Shown: positions 55,565 through 64,000 of the stretch, in pieces
Layout: every line of letters begins with the position of its first letter
Numbering within the stretch: position 1 is the first letter of the stretch
From: Octopus vulgaris
Lineage: Eukaryota
Length of the DNA stretch: 64,000 nt
Direction of reading: 5' to 3'
Assembly (NCBI GenBank): GCA_951406725.2
Contig: OX597816.1
Span: 42,966,001-43,030,000 of the forward strand
The notes under the pieces: model-generated
What the model saw: the letters and a program-made list of their open reading frames with translations, nothing else
Told to the model about the DNA's origin: nothing
The model's database searches: none
Program-made: the position numbers and the translations under genes

Positions 55565-56322
55565 CATACATATATGTCTATGAATAGACACTTAGACATA
55601 TATATGTGTGTGAGCCGTTCTTTCTCTTCTTCTGCATCTGCATAAATATTTACACGCACAAGCACGTGCACACGCACACACACACACACACACACACCTA
55701 TATTATTTATGTTTCCTTCTTTTGGTTTTTCATTTTCTTTCCATTCATTTACATATTTGTGAGGAAAGTGAATTGGCCGAATAAATATGGTGTGAATACT
55801 TCGGCTCATATATCTTCTTGTCTTTGCATAGACGGTCCTGATTCCGGATAGTAGCGTAAAGTGACGAACCTGACGCTCGGACGATGTAGCTTACAGAGCG
55901 GAAATTAAATAGCAAGCTCGTAGTTCGGTAATTTAGCACCAAATCAAGCTGTCAAAATGCCTAACGGCTATTTGGTTTAGAGGATTGTGTTCGAATTCAT
56001 TGCTGTGTATGTCATCTTATTTCCTATTGGTCTTATTTATATGACTAATGCAAAACTCGATCATTTATGCGACTATATGTTTGAGTGAATGCAATTTTTG
56101 TAAAAGTCTGCTTGTTTAATTATAGCTATCTACAAGAATTTTGTTAGGTTTTTGTTTCGATTTTATTTATTTATTTATTTTGGCACAAAATGGAATATGT
56201 ATGTGCAACAGATAGACAAAAAGATACAGACGTGCATATATATACATGTGTGTGTGTGTATATATATATGTATGTGCGTGTATGTGCGCCTGTGTATGTA
56301 TATATATATATATATATATATA

Positions 56323-57459
56323 TTAAGGTATGTAGAAAAATACAACATGGACAAGAACGTATAACTCTTAGAAGACGATACAATAAACACGGACAGGAAA
56401 TTCGAAACCCTCAGTCTTCAGTCAAGAACCGGATCATCGTAGTAATTTCGGCTGATTAATCTTGAGATTACGAGATCACGGCCAGCCCTCCAAGAAAAAC
56501 TAAGCAACGAGCATTAGAAAAACTAAGCTGGAAGCGTAGATTTCCTGGAAGAAGGATCGAATGCATACGAACACCAGGACAGCAAAAGGGACAGATATAA
56601 AAAAACAAAAAACAATAATGGAATACAGAAACATGAAATACAGAAGCATTAACGGTGAAAACAACAGTGTCTTACGACTGATAACAAGCAAACAAATTTT
56701 TTCTCTGGCGCAATGGAAAAAGCCTTTATAGCGGCGGACGAAAACAGCGATGTTAACACGACGAGGGTCAGAAGCTGAAAGGCAGATTTCGGCCAACAGT
56801 CACGTGACAGAGAAGAGGGAAAAGAAAAGAAAGAGAAGCAAAGGAAGAGAGAGAGAGAGAGAGAGAGAGAGGAGGGACAAACGCAACAAAGAGAGAGAAG
56901 AGAGAGAAAGAAGGAATCAGAGAGGAGAAGGGATGGGTGTCGAAGAATGACCTGTGAGTGCAGAGCGAGACAAAGAAATAGGAGGGTAGTGGAAGACTAG
57001 ACCAAAGAATCAGAGGAAAGAGAAGAGAAAAAGAGGATGAGTAGAGAGAAAAGAGAGAGAGGGGGACAGATCAAGTAAAAATGAGAGAGAGAGAGAGAGA
57101 CAAACAGAGAGTCGTACCAATTATTAAGAATATGTGCTCACATTAATGTTAAGGGGGGTACGGGGCGCCTGGAATATATGTTAAGGTATGTAGAAAAATA
57201 CAACATGGACAAGAACGTATAACTCTTAGAAGACGATACAATAAACACGGACAGGACATTCGAAACCCTCAGTCTTCAGTCAAGAACCGGATCATCGTAG
57301 TAATTTCGGCTGATTAATCTTGAGATTACGAGATCACGGCCAGCCCTCCAAGAAAAACTAAGCAACGAGCATTAGAAAAACTAAGCTGGAAGCGTAGATT
57401 TCCTGGAAGAAGGATCGAATGCATACGAACACCAGGACAGCAAAAGGGACAGATATAAA
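56323..57459 (-). mobile_element. Non-coding element with 279-bp direct terminal repeats (858-bp period), retrozyme/pLTR-like
   Basis: 56323-56601 equals 57181-57459 with one mismatch. GA-rich interior, no meaningful ORF, flanked by (TA)n. Confidence 0.85.
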
Positions 57460-57473
57460 CACACACATATATA

Positions 57474-57504
<31 letters not shown>

Positions 57505-57760
57505 CGTATATTTGAACATTTAATGTGGTTTTAGGCTATTTTCAGCGTGGTGGTATCTCCTAGATACTCTAAATTATGATTTTAAATAATTATTACCTGT
57601 TAAAGGTTTTTATCCGCATGCTGGCCACCCGATAAGGTTGGTATTTAAATATCGATCTTATCCTTATATATATATATATAGTTATATGCATGTATACGAG
57701 AGATATATGCATACATTTGTATATATGTTGATATGTATATGTATACGTATAAAATATACA

Positions 57761-57814
<54 letters not shown>

Positions 57815-58334
57815 AGCATATATATACACACACACATATATATATATATATATATGCATACAAACTTACGTACATATATACTATATATGCAGAGGTAGAC
57901 ATAAATAAGAGACAGGATGAGAAAGAATGTACGTTCCTAAGAGATATCACTCAGGAGGGGAAGACATTATCTGGAGATGTAGTATGCATAGAGAATTGTA
58001 GGTGTTTGGTGTCATATACTGGAGAATTGAAATATTATTTCAAACAACCTCAAATTTCCTTCGTCATTCTTACTGAGCCATAATACTTTTTCTACATATG
58101 TCTGCTTTCCGCTTTCCTAGTCTTTATGTATGTTCGTAGCGTTCCTCTAACGTTTTATTTTTTTGCTTAGACATGCCGGCTATATCTTATTTTTTCTTTC
58201 TACTTTTGTATTCCCATTGGACTCCTTAGAAGAAGCATTATACAGCTATCGTTTCATGATTCGTCGAAAACAATATTGAGGATTATGACGGTTGGATGTA
58301 AACGGTGCAGAACTTCTGTCTTGGAAGTAAATTA

Positions 58335-58711
58335 GGCGCAGGAGTGGCTGTGTGGTAAGTAGCTTGCTTACCAACCACATGGTTCCGGGTTCAGTCCAAC
58401 TGCATGCCATCTTGGGAAAGTGTCTTCTACTATAGCCTCGGGCCGACCAAACCCTTGTGAGTGGATTTGGAAGACGGAAACTGAAAGAAGCCCATCGTAT
58501 ATATGTATATATATATGTGTGTGTCTGTGTTTGTCCCTCTAGCATTGCTTGACAACCGATGCTGGTGTGTTTATGTCCCCGTAACTTAGCGGTTCGGCAA
58601 AAGAGACCGATAGAATAAGTACTAGGCTTACAAAGAATAAGTCCCGGGGTCGATTTGCTCGACTAAAGGCGGTACTTCAGCATGGCCGCAGTCAATTGAC
58701 TGAAACAAGTA
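58335..58711 (+). mobile_element. SINE family A
   Basis: Near-consensus copy with a short microsatellite. Confidence 0.92.
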
Positions 58712-59019
58712 CGTAAGTAATGACGAATATATTATTATAATGCCGCACAAATATGATTAAAACAGCACGATATACATATACAAATGTAAAGTTATCTGTC
58801 GGGCTTATAAGATACTTGGCCTAAACGTCACAAATTTTCATTGGCACAAATACAGCTTTGTTTTCATTGGCGGAAGCAAGCTCATTTTCCAATCACGTAG
58901 TTTAGGTTTCAGACATTTTGAATAGCATCTTGTTGAAGTGTATTCTAAAACAGTCCAAGACTGATTAAGTGAATTCCGTTATCGGAAAATCTATAGAAGC
59001 CTATCGTAAATATATACAT

Positions 59020-59404
59020 ACTCTTTTACTTGTTTCAGTCATTTGACTGCGGCCATGCTGGAGCACCGCCTCTAGTCGATCAAATCGACCCCGGGACTTA
59101 TTCTTTGTAAACCCAGTACTTATTCTACCGGTCTCTTTTGCCGAACCGCTAAGTGACGGGGACGTAAACACACAAGCATCGGTTGTCAAGCAATGCTAGG
59201 GGGACAAACACAGACACACAAACACACACACACACACATATATATATATACATATATACGACAGGCTTCTACCAAATCCACTCACAAGGCATTGGTCAGC
59301 CCGGGGCTATAGCAGAAGACACTTGCCCAAGATGCCACGCAGTGGGACTGAACCCGCAACCATGTGGTTGGTTAGCAAGCTACTTACCACACAGCCACTC
59401 ATGC

Positions 59405-59408
<4 letters not shown>
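59020..59408 (-). mobile_element. SINE family A
   Basis: Reverse-complement copy with a small internal deletion. Confidence 0.92.
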
Positions 59409-59466
<58 letters not shown>

Positions 59467-59532
59467 GTGTGTGCGTGTTTAATGTGCGTATGTATATATA
59501 TTCGTACATATTTATATATGTATACACATATC

Positions 59533-59566
<34 letters not shown>

Positions 59567-59571
<5 letters not shown>

Positions 59572-60612
59572 GTTTGGGGTAACGACGCTAAAGAGCGCAG
59601 AGTGAATCCTCTTGGCACAGATTGACCTTATACACTGTTGTGCGTGCGCACTAAATTTTAACACTCTACCTCACTTCCGTTGTTTACAGCAGTGCCAGGG
59701 AGGAAGGTGTGTAGCGTGTGATCGTTGCATTTACCACGTGAGACCAATTTATCATGTCGGTACCTGCCCAGAGGCCAACAAAAACATGCAGAAATTTTAT
59801 GGAAAGTAGCGTATAAGCCGCACATAAATGTACGAGAGGTTCAGACATTTCCAAGATGGCCGCAAAAATGTTGACATTGAAGAAAGTGTGTAGCGTGTGA
59901 TCGTCGCATTGACCATGGCAGAGAAAGTTGACCAGAGAATCTCCATCCAATTTTGTCAAAAGCTTGGTGATACTTGCTCGGAAGCCTACGCAAAGTTTTA
60001 AAAAGGACTTCATCGTTCTCGACATAATCAAGATCTTGTGCAACTGACATCCGAATGTCCTTTTGGCCAGCTGGAAGCAGTTTTGTCTCAAAGTTGGCAG
60101 ACACACGCCTCATCCCTAAATCTTCAGTGATAATTGACTGAACTGAACCGTAACTAACATTCACATTCACTGATAACGCACAGATGGTGATTCGACGAGC
60201 CCCCCCACAGCTGCACGCAGATCTGCGATGTTTCTCTATGTTCGGCAGGTTGCGGGTCTCCCAGAACGTTCGTCAATAGCCACCTTTTTTCGGCGATCTT
60301 GGAAACGTCTGAACCACTTGTAACAGTTGTGCGAGACTCATACACTCCTCTCCATACACTTTCTGCAACTTTGTGTCGGCCTCTGAGCAGGTATCACCAT
60401 GAAAACTTTCTCTGTCGTGGTCAGATCGAGGATCATACGCAAGGCACCTTCCTCCCAAGCAGTGCTGGAAACATCGAAAGTGAGCTAGAGCGTTAAAACC
60501 TAGAGCACCCACACAACAGAGTTTAAGGTCAATCTGTGCCAAGCGCCTTTACTTTGTGTACTTTAGCTTCGCTACTATAGAAACAGTCCCGATACTTATT
60601 GATCGGACCGCA
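59567..60612. mobile_element. mariner-derived fold-back element built from two inverted 5' ends
   Basis: 59567-59880 (+) mirrors about 60280-60612 (-), both containing cttggcacagattgacctta. N-terminal transposase remnants: MAEKVDQRISIQFCQKLGDTCSEAYAK, LQKVYGEECMS, VSYGSVQSIITEDLGMRRVSANF..KLL. Confidence 0.85.
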
Positions 60613-60639
60613 TATATATACATGCATACAAACATACGT

Positions 60640-60766
<127 letters not shown>

Positions 60767-60829
60767 GAGACAGAAATAAATAGATGGACAGATATATAGA
60801 TAAATAGGTATGTATGCGTCCATATATAC

Positions 60830-60898
<69 letters not shown>

Positions 60899-60929
60899 TA
60901 CTTATATATGCATACACACTTATATATAT

Positions 60930-60977
<48 letters not shown>

Positions 60978-61479
60978 TTATATAAATGCATATATGTGTA
61001 CATATATAAGGGTGTGTCTACTTTTATTTTGAGCGTGTAGCTGATGACTACAGTATTGACTCAGCTACCCACCACCAACTCCACCACAATATCCAATAGT
61101 AACCACCTTCTCACAAACACATTAGGGCCAAAAATCAATAGATTTCATCTGAGGTTATTGCATGACGATGTCCCATGTGATCATATTAACGACACAGCTA
61201 TGTAGGTGAAATTATATTTATTGATTATAATAATATAATGCGGAAGGCATCCGTAACAAATTTGATCACACTAATGGCCGGATTCAGTGGGGTTTTGTCT
61301 CTCGTAATAATAATATCATAATAATAATAACGTAATTAATTGCCATTGATCCGACTCGCCACGAGATCATTGTGTAACGTTGATGTCAAAAAGCAAACAC
61401 AACGCCATTTGTGGCATCGGTATATTTTGCTTGCTTCCGGATTCTGGAAATTTTTCGTTTATTGAAAAGTCATGCCAAG

Positions 61480-61760
61480 TGTTTTGGGTGTGTGTACGCT
61501 CATTCGTAACGTTTATTTTCTTGAGATCTCGAAATCTGCTTTCACTACTTCATGCAATGTCTTCGGTCATTTTCTTCCACGGGATATTTTCACTTTTACC
61601 GTTTCGCACATCTATATACTCTCAGGTTCCACGCATATCAGATATTATGGTATACGTCCTCTACTCTATAGCAAGAAGTAATAGATTTCTCTTCTCCTGA
61701 ACCTTTTTGCTACCACAAATATCACATCAGAGAACAGGAAATGTTGTCTTTCTCCAGAGC
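61480..61760 (-). mobile_element. Possible highly decayed RTE-clade LINE 3' end
   Basis: The minus strand gives VQEKR.. and RGRK*PKTLHEVVKADF, resembling the RTE C-terminal GRPKKTW.EVV..DL. Confidence 0.45.
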
Positions 61761-62221
61761 CCTTCAATTATAAAACATATTTCTGTTAGAATTTCACCGT
61801 ATTTTACTTATTCCATAATAATTCATGATTAATATATATAAAGTATAAAGACAGATTTTCTAAAGAAACAGCATACAGATGATCAATAAACAGTCTTAAA
61901 AGCTTTTCCTGTAAGAAAAGATTTTTCAAAGCATTCGTCACGAATTATAAATCGAAATTATTAGAGATAATATGCTAATATAATTACATGCAGGAATTAG
62001 CAACCAAATAATTCACCAGAAAGCTATTTCTACATATTCGGCACCCGGGCAGCATTGGTTGACTAGTTTAGGTTCATATATTACTACATACACACAACCA
62101 AACACATACGCTATATTACATGTGTATAAGTTGATAGGTATACATATAAACATATATATATATATATGCGCGCGCACACACACAGACACACACATATTCT
62201 ATTACTATTTACTATTTACTA

Positions 62222-62642
62222 TTTTACTTGTTTCAGTCATTTGACTGTGGCCATGCTGGAGCACCGCCTTTAGTCGAACAAATCGACCCCAGGACTTATT
62301 CTTTGTAAGCCTAGTACTTATTCTATCGGTCGCTTTTGCCGAACCACTAAGTTACGGTGACGTAAACACACCAGCATCGGTTGTCAAGCGATGTTCGGGA
62401 GGACAAACACAGACACACAAACATATACACACACATACACATATATACATATATACGACGGGCTTCTTTCAGTTTCCGTCTACCAAATCCACTCACAAGG
62501 CCTTGGTCGACCCGAGGCTATAGTAGAAGTCACTTGCCCAAGGAGGATCCATGTGGTTCGTAAACAAGATCCATGTGGTTCGTGAACCTGGATCCATGTG
62601 GTTCGTAAACAAGCTACTTACCACACAGCCACTCCGACGCCT
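62222..62642 (-). mobile_element. SINE family A with an internal triplication
   Basis: Reverse copy in which gatccatgtggttcgt occurs three times in 62546-62606. Confidence 0.9.
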
Positions 62643-62666
62643 ATATATATATATATATATATATAC

Positions 62667-64000
62667 CTGCTTTCCTGTCTTTCCTCACCTGCCTTCTAAG
62701 GCCACTGGTCGACATCTTCCTCTCTCGTCGTCCACTATAATCCAGCGTTTGCAATACTTTTTTCGTCTGGCCTTAACAGCCCTTCTTATCTTGTTCTCCT
62801 TGTCCTGTCTCTCACTGTTATATATTTATTTTTCCACTGTTTATATATATATTTTTTACTGTTTATATGTTTGTACTGTCGTTACCGTCTTGCCTTTTTT
62901 TACCCCTCCGCGACAAGATCTCAGAATTTTAATTGATTTGCTTGTCTCGGGAAGGAATTTTTCATTCGAAGTATACGTCTCGCTTTTATCCTTCGAAACG
63001 TTTAGTAGATGAAACTTTAGCGACTGAAGAAGGGGATTTTTCGTTGTGCTTATTGTCCTGTATCTCCTTTTTTTGCTTGTCTTGTTCCTTGGTTGTGTCT
63101 ATGTTTTTCGTCTCTCTATGTGTTCGACGTCCTTTTGGTGTCCTGTACACATATATGCGTGTATATGTACATGTAGAGGTAGGTACGTACATACATGTTT
63201 ATATATATGCATATATTTTATTAACATATTATACGACTAAACGCACGCACCCTATTAAGTAAGATTGTTCTGTTTATCAAGTTCGCCTTGATATTAACTC
63301 TCACGCGACTCTGCCTCTTTCTTTCTTTCTCTCCCATTCCCTTTTTCGTCCTTTTTCCCTCACTTAACTTGTCTCTTCCTCTCTCTCTCCCCCTCACTGT
63401 TCTTCATGGTCTCCTCGCACCATTCCCCTTCTTCTCTCTCTTCCTCTTGCTCCTCCTCCCCCATTCCCGTCGTCCATCTGCGACGTACTTCCGTCGTAAC
63501 TGCTTTCCTGTCTTTCCTCACCTGCCTTCTAAGGCCACTGGTCGACATCTTCCTCTCTCGTCGTCCACTATAATCCAGCGTTTGCAATACTTTTTTCGTC
63601 TGGCCTTAACAGCCCTTCTTATCTTGTTCTCCTTGTCCTGTCTCTCACTGTTATATATTTATTTTTCCACTGTTTATATATATATTTTTTACTGTTTATA
63701 TGTTTGTACTGTCGTTACCATCTTGCCTTTTTTTACCCCTCCGCGACAAGATCTCAGAATTTTAATTGATTTGCTTGTCTCGGGAAGGAATTTTTCATTC
63801 GAAGTATACGTCTCGCTTTTATCCTTCGAAACGTTTAGTAGATGAAACTTTAGCGACTGAAGAAGGGGATTTTTCGTTGTGCTTATTGTCCTGTATCTCC
63901 TTTTTTTGCTTGTCTTGTTCCTTGGTTGTGTCTATGTTTTTCGTCTCTCTATGTGTTCGACGTCCTTTTGGTGTCCTGTACACATATATGCGTGTATATG
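62667..64000 (+). mobile_element. Non-coding partial-tandem element (833-bp period, at least 501-bp direct repeat), retrozyme/pLTR-like
   Basis: 62667-63167 equals 63500-64000 with one visible mismatch. CT-rich interior. Begins directly after (TA)n and runs off the window end. Confidence 0.85.

Noticed and set aside
62546-62606. Three spaced copies of a 16-mer resembling a mini repeat-spacer array
   Set aside because: It is a local slippage triplication within a SINE head, not CRISPR-like. The context is eukaryotic with no cas genes.

Overview
AT-rich, microsatellite-saturated eukaryotic intergenic or intronic DNA. The SINE families and the density of (TA)n, (CA)n, (GATA)n and (CATA)n point to an octopod cephalopod; this is an inference from family recognition and was not checked by search. 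No intact host protein-coding gene can be supported, and almost all ORFs in the track are microsatellite or SINE artefacts. Recognisable content: about 30 copies or fragments of three tRNA-derived SINE families, decayed mariner transposons, several MITEs, and fragments of CR1, RTE and R4/Dong LINEs. There is also one decayed Penelope-like element (RT plus GIY-YIG) and a second GIY-YIG fragment. The most interesting signal is an RNA-level system. Many short non-coding cassettes, mostly inserted into (TA)n, each carry a minimal type I hammerhead ribozyme (HHR) motif with a palindromic stem III, and three of these show a U3:A8 covariant core. Several cassettes have fold-back inversions. Two young, greater-than-unit-length non-coding elements (858 and 833 bp period, near-identical direct repeats) look retrozyme-like. 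They share, with two other copies, a circularly permuted GAAA-(24/25 nt)-CUGANGA motif. All structures were folded by eye, and activity is untested.
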